From the NCBI GenBank assembly GCA_030167865.1, contig JALAGF010003162.1, positions 1 through 43,135 on the forward strand: a DNA stretch of 43,135 nucleotides. Reading direction: 5' to 3'. Position numbers and translations under genes: made by a program. This document shows positions 33,931-43,135 of this stretch, piece by piece. Positions within the stretch are counted from its first letter, which is position 1, and every line of letters begins with the position of its first letter. The notes under the pieces are model-generated. The model searched no databases. It was not told the origin of the DNA and saw nothing but the letters and a program-made list of their open reading frames with translations. Source of the stretch: Craspedostauros australis. Its lineage: Eukaryota.

Positions 33931-35531
33931 ATGTTCTCCGCAACAGCCCGCACTCTCTCCCGCCGCGTGAACCGCTTCGCCAATGCCAGTCGCCGCGGAT
34001 TCGCCTCCGCCGCAAGCGCCAGCCCGAACGGCGGCGCAGCCACCATCGGTGTGGCCGTGGTCGCCGCCACCACAGCGTACGTCTACTACGACCTGCAGCA
34101 GACCAAGGATCAGCTGGCCCAGGTCGACGCGCTGAAGAGCCAGGTCAACAAGCTGCAGGTCGAGGTCGGCGGCAAGACCAACTCCGCCTTCCTCTTCATC
34201 AAGCCCCACGCCTGCAAGGGCAAGTCGCCGGAGAAGGTCGAGGCCGTCGTGGAGCAGAAGCTCAAGGACGCCGGCATCCGCATCACTGGAAAGGGAACCC
34301 TGACGGCCGAGCAGATCGACAAGAACATGTACATCGACACCCACTACGGCGCCATCGCCTCCAAGGCCGTCAAGCTGCAGCCATCCGAGCTCAACGTGCC
34401 CGACAAGGGCAAGGCCGGCTTCGAGAAGATGTTCGGCGAGAAGTGGGAGGACGTCATCGCTGCCGGCAAGGTCTACAACGCCAAGGACGGTGCGGCCAAG
34501 CTGGGATTGGACTCCGAGGGTCTCAACGCCGAATGGTCCAAGCTCTCGCGTGGCAAGACCCTCATCAAGTTCGGTGGCGGCTTCTACTGCGGCAAGATCA
34601 AGGACATCTACGTCATGAACGGATTCTACATGTCCATGCGCGCTGGTGAGTTGTGATTCAGTCATTATTCATGCATGCATGCATGCTTTCGTGTGATTGG
34701 GGAGGTGCTGCCAGGTCGATGCATTTGGCGTGCGTCATTAAGTCGTTGACTATTGATGGGAATGAGGGCGATGGGAGCGCTGAAGAATGGCTCCCCTCAT
34801 TATTTGGTGGAGATGGCTTGAATTCGATACGGGCAGAGTGTGATCCGGTTGACTTCCATGTTGCCAGATATTGCATTTGTTGTCGATTGCGGATTGTGCG
34901 CAGATCTGCTTTGTCTCCATTTCCTCTGCGCCATTGCGCCGCGAAGAGCAACAACAGCACTCACACTTGCCACACAATCTCAACCTCACCCCGATGCTCA
35001 CATCGACGCTCACAATCTATTCACACGCTTGTCTGCCCATGCATTTTTGCATCTGCGATACTCACTGCCACAGCCTACTGCAACCCAGGTGAGATGATCA
35101 AGTACTACACCGTCTCCTGGCCAACCGACTGCCTGTCCTGGGAGGACTTCCGCGGAGAGGTGCTCGGTGCCACCGACCCATCTTCCGCCCCAGTCGGTTC
35201 CGTCCGCCGCGCGATCCTCGACCAATACAAAGCGCTGGGTCTCGCATCCAAGCCAAACACCGGAGACAACGGCGTCCACGCTTCGGCATCCCCATTCGAA
35301 GGACTGGCCGAGCGCATGAACTGGTTGGGCGTTGAGCTGGAGGATGATGCATTCGGCCGTGCCCTTCTCGCGCAGGGCGTCACCAAGGAGATGATCGCCA
35401 GCTGGTCCACCGACGCGCAGGTCGCCGTCGAGGGCGAGACCAAGCCAGGTTCCACCATGTCCGTGTTCGATGCTCTGGAGGACATGGACGCCGATGCCAC
35501 TCTGGCCAAGGTCACCAAGATCTCCGCCTAA
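33931..35531 (+). CDS. Atypical nucleoside diphosphate kinase-fold protein, mitochondria-targeted; exons 33931-34645 and 35074-35531; 390 aa
   Basis: Presequence MFSATARTLSRRVNRFANASRRGF. NDK landmarks AFLFIKPHA, THY, LGATDPSSAPVGSVR and DNGVHASAS (phospho-His position). Phase-1 intron GTGAG...CACAG restores MRAAYCNPG. Strong C/G third-position bias. Confidence 0.85.
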
Positions 35532-35580
35532 ATGCATGAGGAGATCAGGAACCACTCAGTCTGTTTTGCATCTGGAGTGT

Positions 35581-35601
35581 TCTCTCTCTCTCTCTCTCTC
35601 T
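35581..35601. repeat. (CT)n microsatellite 3' of the NDK-like gene
   Basis: tctctctctctctctctctct read directly. Confidence 0.9.
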
Positions 35602-36746
35602 ACCATGGAGAGATGCACATGATGCGGGGCGATCGGGTGGAGACAGCAATACTCTCTAGAGTACAATGTTCGCAGTATTGCGTGAGTACTCGTACTGCAC
35701 TTGTAACGCTCTGGATTGCCGCGCCGTATAAGATCAACTAATCTTCAGTACGCTGCGTGATTTATCAGATGAACTCATTGCAGACTCAAGCAGAATCGAT
35801 CCTTGCCTTGTGTTGGTGCCGTTCATGGAAACACACGTGCGAACACCATACTGATGCTCTCTTTGGAGAGTGAGAGTAAACGTACTGAAACAACTCTCTG
35901 TGCAACATACGAGCATGTACGGGTACCACACCACGCCCAAGCAACATTCGATAAGATGAGATCAGCCAGTCCACCATCTGGTTTTCTACTCTGCGAGAAT
36001 TCATGTTTCTGCGGAGTGTATTGAAGAAAGCAGTCGCAAGCCTCCAAGTTCCTCGATGTGAACTGGGATACCGAACAGACGTAAAGAGGATTTGCGCATG
36101 GGGTGTCATGTGATGGGAATCGATCTCGCAAGTTGAAGCCGATTGCGTTCCTGTCTATCGAGCAGCCCAAACCAGCTGTCTATGCACGGCTTTGGGTGTC
36201 ACTCCTGCTCCTTCTGTTTCTGCTGCTGTCTTTGATGTTGTCGGTGATGATGCTTCTTTGTGCATGGTATTGCCTCGCTCCATCTGTCGTTCTCTTTCGT
36301 GGGCTCTCCATCTGCACTGCAACAGATTTTGTGGTGTTGCAGGTGCCTATCATCACTCGTGGCTCGCATCGCTCCGTTGGCACATGAGGCAAGCCAACAT
36401 GATGAGATGTGATGGCTGTTGTTCCGAGGGATGCGGGAGTGCTGCGTGAAATAGAGAAAGATAGATCCGTGCAGAGCAAGAGAATGGGTATGATCCATCT
36501 GCGGCAAGTGATGCTTTGTGGGATGTGATGACTGTATGAGTCATGTGCGGAAAGGTGGAATTATCACAAGAACTTTACTTTGACGTCTTCGCCTTAATTC
36601 CTGACCTCGTTGTACCTTCGCGTGGTTTTAGCGCCTGTTTTTGCACGCGCACGTAAAGTCCCTCGACATTGTATGCAGCGCTGCGTTCAAGTCGGAGGAC
36701 TTGGAAGTCCTTCGGCAGGGTTTCCGGTGGGCCTTTTTCAGTGGGC

Positions 36747-36780
36747 AACACACACACACTCACACTCACACTCACACACA
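36747..36780. repeat. (CA)n/(CACACT)n microsatellite
   Basis: Read directly. Confidence 0.8.
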
Positions 36781-37068
36781 AACGAAAAGGAAACGTGGCA
36801 CGAGCATCACGCAGCACTGGTACGACTACGAGTATACTCGCAACGAGAAGAGAAGAGAAGAGCAAAGTGCCAGAGCCACAAAGCGCATACTGCTTTCTCA
36901 CTCCCGCACGACGAGAGGGACCAAGGGAAAGGGAGAGACAGAGAGAGAAGGACACACAAACCACCAACAAGGTGATTGGAGAAACAACAGCCACGTACTG
37001 TAACACGCACGGCATTCCGTTGTAGGACCATACGATTCGTGTCTCTATCCGACTCTCCGTAGTAATCG

Positions 37069-37100
37069 CTGTCCATTCACTGTCCATTCACTGTCCATTC
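37069..37100. repeat. 11-bp tandem repeat CTGTCCATTCA x3, ~120 bp upstream of the 37222 ATG
   Basis: Two full copies and one 10-bp copy read directly. Confidence 0.85.
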
Positions 37101-37221
37101 GCCTTCTATTCGACACTCATCGAGGAGTCATTCCCTGCATCCATTCCTAGCAGAAGAACATAGCATATCCAATACCCGTACTGTTCCTACAGCACGCTCG
37201 ATTGACTGGACGATCGCCATC

Positions 37222-38187
37222 ATGGTTGTGCTGGACAGGTTCCTGTCGAACATGCTGTCGGACTTGAAGGTCGGTTCGACGGGCGAAGATGGAAAGACTA
37301 TCTCCGCGTCCATCTGCATGCCCATGACCATCGTGGCAGACAACGCCCGCAGCCATCGGCATGAACGCGATCTGCTGTGGGAACAGAAGAAGGCGGAGGC
37401 GGCCACCACCGGCGCAGATGCTGCCATGGATTCCTCTGATCAGCAAGGCTCCCTTCCATCGGCAGCATCGACGCCGATGGAAACCTCCGACAACGACTCC
37501 ACTCCGAGCAACGCAACGAGCCCAACTGAATCAATCGACGTGATCGCTGCGACGAGCGCGGCACCCACATTGCACACGGCGCGTCTTCCATCCTCGCAGA
37601 CCCCATCGCCGAGCCCCGTCAACCGCAAGCACCCACACGTACCCCCCAACGAACAGATGCAGCTGCAGATGTCGTCTTCCACCCTCAGCGTCGAGACCGT
37701 GTCCACGACCGCATCCGGCTCCGTCGCACCCGCGCAGCTCCATTCCGACTCGCCGTCTTCGCCACCACCAGGCACCGCGAAACTGGTCGTGTCCCATCTC
37801 ACGGGCGAAGAGCGACGGCAGCAGATGCAGCGCAAAAAGTCACGCGCAAGGTGGACCTGCAAATCGTCGCAGGACAGCCGGAGAGCTGCAGCGCCATTGT
37901 CGCCGCCCCGCATGCGATCGGACGAGCTGTCGACGGATGCCGCGGCACTTACGGCCAGTTTGGTCACGGCCAGCTTGATGGAATCTTCTGATACGGAAGG
38001 TAGCACCAGCAGCAGCAACGATGGTATCAAGGTTGAGGATGTTGACGTGGAGGTGGGACGAAAGAAGCGGCGACAGGAGCCACGAGGCGGTGATGACGGA
38101 GTTTCTCATTCAACGCTGCAACGATTCAACAGCAAATCGCTACTCACTGTACGTCCTAATTCAAGGGGACTTCAAGATCTGAGATGA
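37222..38187 (+). CDS. Hypothetical low-complexity S/T/P-rich protein, 321 aa
   Basis: 321-codon ORF with good ATG context (CATCATGG) and coding-like GC3. Mostly disordered, with short motifs IVADNA, ARW, SPPRMR and basic RKKRR. Confidence 0.65.
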   Translation: MVVLDRFLSNMLSDLKVGSTGEDGKTISASICMPMTIVADNARSHRHERDLLWEQKKAEAATTGADAAMDSSDQQGSLPSAASTPMETSDNDSTPSNATSPTESIDVIAATSAAPTLHTARLPSSQTPSPSPVNRKHPHVPPNEQMQLQMSSSTLSVETVSTTASGSVAPAQLHSDSPSSPPPGTAKLVVSHLTGEERRQQMQRKKSRARWTCKSSQDSRRAAAPLSPPRMRSDELSTDAAALTASLVTASLMESSDTEGSTSSSNDGIKVEDVDVEVGRKKRRQEPRGGDDGVSHSTLQRFNSKSLLTVRPNSRGLQDLR

Positions 38188-39548
38188 CGGGTTCGGCCCA
38201 TGTTCATCGGCCGGCTCTCCAGACAGCTGTCTGGCTTGGTTGGTTGGAGGTTCTTGCTAGACCGTACCACCGTATGTGTGAGATCCATTGAGTACGCCTC
38301 TCCCGTGGCGTCTACTCGACGATGTAGCGGTGCGCCGAACCAAAGGCACATGCAGTACATTGGAATAAAATGCAATGCGGTGCCACGCCAGCGATGGGGA
38401 TCTTCATGACGATAGCGGTGACCGTTCAGTGGGAAAGCGGGCATGTGGAATGGAGCCCACACAACACATCCTGTGCCACATCATGGCCCGGAAAGTGCAA
38501 GCTAGAATGCAACAGTCAAAACCAACCAATGCCAGCCTGAAGTGCAAGAGTCCAGACATTTGGAAGCATCATCGGGATGATTGGTCCAATGGCAAATGCT
38601 CTTGGGTGGAGAGACATGATGAAAGGAGCGGAGAACGAAGTCAGGGGGACTTCCATTTCCACTTCTCCTCCATCAACTGTGCAGGAAACCATCTAGCAAA
38701 GCAGCCGGGCGAAGACAGCGCACGAAGAGACAACGATTGCCACATCATCGCAGAGAATGCTCCATGCAAACGGAGTGCCACCATCAACAATGTATAATAG
38801 CAACACCAATCTGAACAGGGGCATGCAATCAGACAGAAAACTTGTGTCGATTCGATAGATCGATGTTGCAACCTCGTCGCTGAAGCCATCCTTGTCGTGG
38901 ATCATCAAGCACATTCTACTCGCACCAGCGTACGATGAAGCAAGGGAAGTCCGAGCAGAATACCTTCCATCTACTACATACATGTGCATATGCCCCCAAC
39001 AGCACGTAGAGTTGCGACGTCTTCATCCCGCAGATGTACGAACTGGAATGTAGTCGTAAGAGCTTCGATCTGCGCAGAGCAGATCGTGGAGCAGGCCTCT
39101 CTAGTTCCACATCACAACTACAAGCAGTTTTAATCACGAGTTAACACGATTTAAACGTAACCAAGAAACTCACGACTCGCTCGCTTGTTTCATGTCGGCA
39201 CTTTAAGGCCTATTTATGTACTTTAGTATCCACTCATCTGTGACGTCACCAACGAAAGCATGACTTCAACGTGTGCGTTGTTGTGCATCCAAACAGGTGG
39301 AAGGAACGCTTTTGTTCGAGACAACCACCTCGGACGATTGTCGCCAAGCTCGATCTCGACCTCAAGCTCAACCAACATCGCAACATCGCAAGATACTCCA
39401 TCCGTCTCCGCAACCCACAACTCAACCAACCAACGACAGCGTTCGCAGAAAGGGCAGCAACCGAACTGGCTCCATTGAGTTCCCAACTGAGTGACATCCT
39501 GATACACCACCGTCCGAGTACTTCCACGATCGCACAATCGAATAGAAA

Positions 39549-41425
39549 ATGAAGCTCTCATTGATCGTGTTTTTGGGAGGTTTGACCAGCCATGCGCTGG
39601 CCTTCTCCGCTTCGCCATCGGCCAACACGGTCGTCGTGGTGTCTCCACCGGGCGGAATCGGCGAAGTGGCGGCCGTCAAGGCGGCCTGCATGGGCTCCAA
39701 GGTGCGGTGGTTCGTCGTGTCGCGATCGGAGGAGGAGGACTCCGTCAAGCTCGCGTCGTCCTCGCTGCAGCAGATTGCCAACGCCGATGGAGAGCTGCAG
39801 CTGGCCGGTGCCACCGTGGATGAGCTCCTGGATGGCGGTGCCGATTCCCTGACGGCCGTCACGTCGTGGTGCGGATCTGCCGACTCCCTCGTCTGCTCGT
39901 ACGATGGATGCGACGAGACGCTCACGCCGGATGGCAAGAACCTGCACCAGGCTGCGGTGCGTCTCGCCGTGGGCCAGGCCTCGTCCAACAACGCCATCTC
40001 CGGTGCTCAGGTCGTCCTCCTGCCAGCCGACTTGGAGGTCGCCGTTGCCATGGATGCGTCCGATGAGGATGGTGATGGAGAGGAGGGCATCGGAGGGCTG
40101 CTCTCCAACCTCAACCCATTCGGGCAGAACGCCGCCAAGGTCCCAGACAGCCTCATCAGCGCCGTCTCCTCGAAATCCGCCTCTGTCTGCACGTTGCGTC
40201 ACGGAACCCTGTTCGGCATGCCGGAGAGCTCGCCGGAGTTCTCCGCCATGGTGGGCGGCATGCGCAAGGACCCAATCCTTTCCGAAGAGCTTGCCTACCG
40301 AACGGTGCGCATGGACCCCTACCTCTTCCGCAACAACCTCATGGCGCAGATCCGAACGTGCCGACAGGCTGCCGGTGAGGCCGCCGCTCTCGTGGCCACC
40401 AACCAGCTCGCCGGACCCCAGCAGCCCGTCACCGTCGCCTCCCAGCTGGGATCGGACGCATTCACCTTCGACCGATGGCAGGCGGAGGTCGAGCGCATCC
40501 AAGAGCAGCTCGCCAGCGGCAGGACGTCCACCCTCTTCGAGCAGGAGATGCAGGTCGCCGACACGGACCGCCTCACCGAATGGCTCGCCAGCAAGTGGGC
40601 TCCCACCGTCCTGCGCACCTACGACATTGCCGCCATCCGTATCGGTGCCAGACCCGTCTACGCCACGAAGTCCACACCCAACCAGGTGGAGATCGTGTGG
40701 CAGGAGCTCATGGGGGATATGCAAACCGCTACCGTGGGCAAGATGCTCCTCGAGGTCACCAGCAACGGCGTCACCGCCACGCGCCTCGGAGGCGATGCCA
40801 CCAAGGGATACGGAGCCGTGTCCGCCACACCGCTCAACGGAGAGGATGTGCTCGTCCGTCGTTTGGCGGAAGGTGCCGCCCAGGCCATGGACAAGGGACT
40901 TGCCAAGAGAGTGAGTTATCTGCTGGTGCCAAGCTGTTGTCGCATTGTACTGCGCTGTGTTGTGTTGTGTTGTGTTGTGTTGTGTTGTTGGTGGATGCCG
41001 TTTCGACGGTCGCCTGTGTTTGTGCATATGTTTGTGCATGTCCTTGCTTGAAATGGTTCTTCCGGACGAAACGAAGGAAGAGAAGAGACGACAATTATTG
41101 AATTGAGGTTGTGATGGACGTTATACTTCCTGTTTCGCAATGAGTACACAACAGATTACAAAGAGAGGAGCAACAACTCACACAGTTAATGTTCATCTTC
41201 ATGTTCTTTCACACTATCAACACGCAAACCATCAATCGAACCTGCAATCAGATCAAGAACAAAGCCAAGTCACCCCAACCAGTCGCTGCTGTTCCTGCCA
41301 AAACTGTTGTCGCGTCCGGAAACGTGGAATCGGCATCAGCAGCAGAGGTCGCGGGCGCCAAGTCCAGCGGCCCAAGGTCTGCTGGTGCCAGACGGTCCAC
41401 GGAGAGAAAACGCCGTGGATCGTAA
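39549..41425 (+). CDS. Plastid-targeted protein with degenerate Rossmann-like N-terminal domain; exons 39549-40910 and 41252-41425; ~511 aa
   Basis: Signal peptide MKLSLIVFLGGLTSHALA|FSAS (ASAFAP-type Phe at +1). Beta-alpha-beta pattern VVVVSPPGGIGEVAAVKAACMGSKVRWFVV. Strong GC3 up to 40910, then GTGAGT donor, a microsatellite-containing intron and a CAG acceptor at 41249-41251, giving an in-frame K/R-rich tail. Confidence 0.8.
40956..40987. repeat. (TGTGT)n pentamer microsatellite inside intron
   Basis: tgtgttgtgttgtgttgtgttgtgttgtgttg read directly. Confidence 0.9.
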
Positions 41426-41919
41426 ACCATTACTAAGTTGCTGGTCCTCAACCGCATCATTGTGAGTGTACGTGCGTGCGCGCGCGCATGCACACATACA
41501 AACTACTACGATGACGTCAAACGGACCAACCTCACTCAAAATGCAAAGATCAACTCAACTTAAAGCCGCAATCAGCAACAACAGCAACGCACCCTTCTTT
41601 CTACAAGTCGTAGCGGTATCTCTTCGTGCTCTCATGCATCGCTTCCCACGTTTATCGAAAGCACAATCACTATTTTGCCCTCGCATCGCAACCATCAGAT
41701 TCAGTCATAACACCCGTACCAGGAAATCATCGATCGTATGATTAGGCATGGTCTCATGGTTCCACGCATGGATTGCGATTGTGTTTGTGCTCGGAGCACC
41801 CTGGGCTCCTTCGTGCATCCTCCTCTTCTACGCATTTCACTATCACCTTCACCCTCCGACACATCCTGTTGCTGATGCCAACTTCCCTTTTTGGATTCTA
41901 TTGTACTTGTCAAGAGGAC

Positions 41920-43135
41920 AATAATAATAACTCAATGATTACATTAGAAATGTGCCCTGTAAGCTTTACCCTCGCCTCCGCCGGCCCCGTAGGACCGGGT
42001 TTCGAGCGAGCCGTCGAACACCTGAATCATGCGAGGCCCAGCCAATTACTCATCAGCCGCCGTTCATTCTGCATGGTACGCGCCCGTCGCCGGGCAGCCA
42101 CCTTGGAATGCACCTCCTGCATGTCTTGCATCCACTGCCGCATCTGCGACTCCGTTCCGTATTCCATCTGGTAGCCCTCCCGCAGGAGAACCAACTCTGA
42201 CTCGTTCATGTCCTGGCTGGCGCTGACCGCGATCCGTCGCACTTGCCGCCGCAGCTCCGCCAGTGACGGGTGCTGCTCGCCGTCGTGCACCTTCTCGTTG
42301 CGCGCGACCCATACACTCCAGGGAACTTTCCAGACCCACCGTATCACTTCCTTTGTCCATGCTGCCGCATCCGGGAAGACGCACTCGTGATGCTCCATCC
42401 ATTGAGACTGAAGCTTTCGCCAATCCTTATGTAAAAACCCCAGCAACAAGGGGTACCACCCGATGTCTCCTTGGGTGCTCTGCGGCTTCTGGCGTCGCCG
42501 CCAGCGGGCCATTCCTACCCTCATTCCTGATACCAGCCTTGGGGCTGACCCAATAGTCACCATGCGATCGACAAGTTCCTCGGTCGCAAGGTTCCACGCT
42601 GTCTCGTGCTCCTTGCAGCGCAGGACGTGGCGTGTCGTCTCCTCGGCGCCACAGAACTGGCAAGTGGAGGACTCTTGTTGGCCCATCTGCTGCATCTTTC
42701 GCCCAACGCCCACAAAACCGGAGGACCACTTTGTAACAAATTTCGACATGGATTGGTTCTTCCGGGCGGCTCGAGCGCCTTGGTAAACTTCCCAGTCGAC
42801 TTGTCTTGTCGCATCCCTCGACCACTCGAACTTCTTCGTCCAGTAGCGAAGAGAGTCAGACGCCTGCAGTGTCTTGTAGAGCTCACTTTGACCCACGTGG
42901 GAGTAGTGTTGATCGCTGACTGTGAGGGTCCATCGGTCTGTTGCTGATGACCACTGCCGTGCTCGTCGCTGAGAGACTGTCGCTTCCCAGAACGCCTTGG
43001 CGCGTTTGTCACACTCCACGTTGAGCTTCTCCATCATTGTGAGGTCCTTACCCGTGTCGTCTTGGTGTCCTCTGACCCACTCCCATTTGAGGGTTGCCCG
43101 TAGGCGTTGCCTCAACCGGCGTATTTCGACAAGGA
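41920..43135 (-). mobile_element. 3' end of a non-LTR retrotransposon (LINE with RNase H; possibly Ambal-like), truncated by the window edge
   Basis: ORF with RNase H C-terminus and CCHC zinc knuckle, a ~95-nt 3' UTR with stem-loops, and a (TTA)3TT tail at 41930-41920 marking the probable 3' boundary. Confidence 0.78.
42027..43135 (-). CDS. Retrotransposon pol-like ORF, C-terminal part (RNase H end + CCHC zinc finger); 5' partial
   Basis: Frame is open to the window end (LVEIRRLRQR...). WEWVRGHQDD..LNVECDKRAK carries the RNase H His loop and last catalytic Asp. CQFCGAEETTRHVLRC is a CCHC knuckle. W..W..RN..H motif as in LINE ORF2 C-termini. Confidence 0.85.
   Translation of the reverse strand, partial: LVEIRRLRQRLRATLKWEWVRGHQDDTGKDLTMMEKLNVECDKRAKAFWEATVSQRRARQWSSATDRWTLTVSDQHYSHVGQSELYKTLQASDSLRYWTKKFEWSRDATRQVDWEVYQGARAARKNQSMSKFVTKWSSGFVGVGRKMQQMGQQESSTCQFCGAEETTRHVLRCKEHETAWNLATEELVDRMVTIGSAPRLVSGMRVGMARWRRRQKPQSTQGDIGWYPLLLGFLHKDWRKLQSQWMEHHECVFPDAAAWTKEVIRWVWKVPWSVWVARNEKVHDGEQHPSLAELRRQVRRIAVSASQDMNESELVLLREGYQMEYGTESQMRQWMQDMQEVHSKVAARRRARTMQNERRLMSNWLGLA

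Noticed and set aside
33760..34665. 301-aa antisense ORF over the NDK-like gene
   Set aside because: Shadow ORF expected from the strong C/G third-position bias of the sense gene.
7019..35691. Palindrome GAGTACTC at 7019, 24022, 26748 and 35684
   Set aside because: All intergenic, but only an 8-mer in GTAC-rich spacers; enrichment is too weak to claim without a background model.
39558..41039. 493-aa antisense ORF (and 336-aa alternate-frame ORF) over the plastid protein
   Set aside because: Codon-bias shadow; begins in intronic microsatellite-like sequence and has no protein-like motifs.
1..43135. CRISPR arrays, rRNA, intact tRNA, spliceosomal snRNAs
   Set aside because: No repeat-spacer arrays or hallmark sequences were found by eye; all tandem repeats seen are spacerless micro/minisatellites.

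Overview
Eukaryotic nuclear DNA, almost certainly from a diatom or close ochrophyte. Supporting signs are GT-AG introns, a bipartite signal peptide with an ALA|F (ASAFAP-type) plastid motif, a p10-before-p20 (type III) metacaspase, three DUF6824-type genes and a non-LTR retrotransposon carrying RNase H. I support 13 host protein-coding genes: a CRAL-TRIO-like/DUF6824 fusion, mitochondrial cysteine desulfurase NFS1 (1 intron), a 1086-aa orphan, a 5-exon type III metacaspase, two further DUF6824 proteins, an SLC25 carrier, two tandem SGNH/PC-esterase-like membrane proteins, a BIRC6/UBE2Z-class E2 with a SIM-like tail, an atypical mitochondrial NDK-fold protein (1 intron), a low-complexity orphan and a plastid-targeted Rossmann-like protein (1 intron). 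The 3' end of a LINE-type element runs off the right edge, and intergenic DNA is rich in microsatellites. The best candidates for undescribed biology are the lipid-sensor/DUF6824 fusion (possible ligand-gated regulator), the E2 with SUMO-interacting-motif-like repeats, and the paired acyltransferase-like proteins with a non-canonical catalytic motif. All family calls come from motif recognition by eye; no database search was run.
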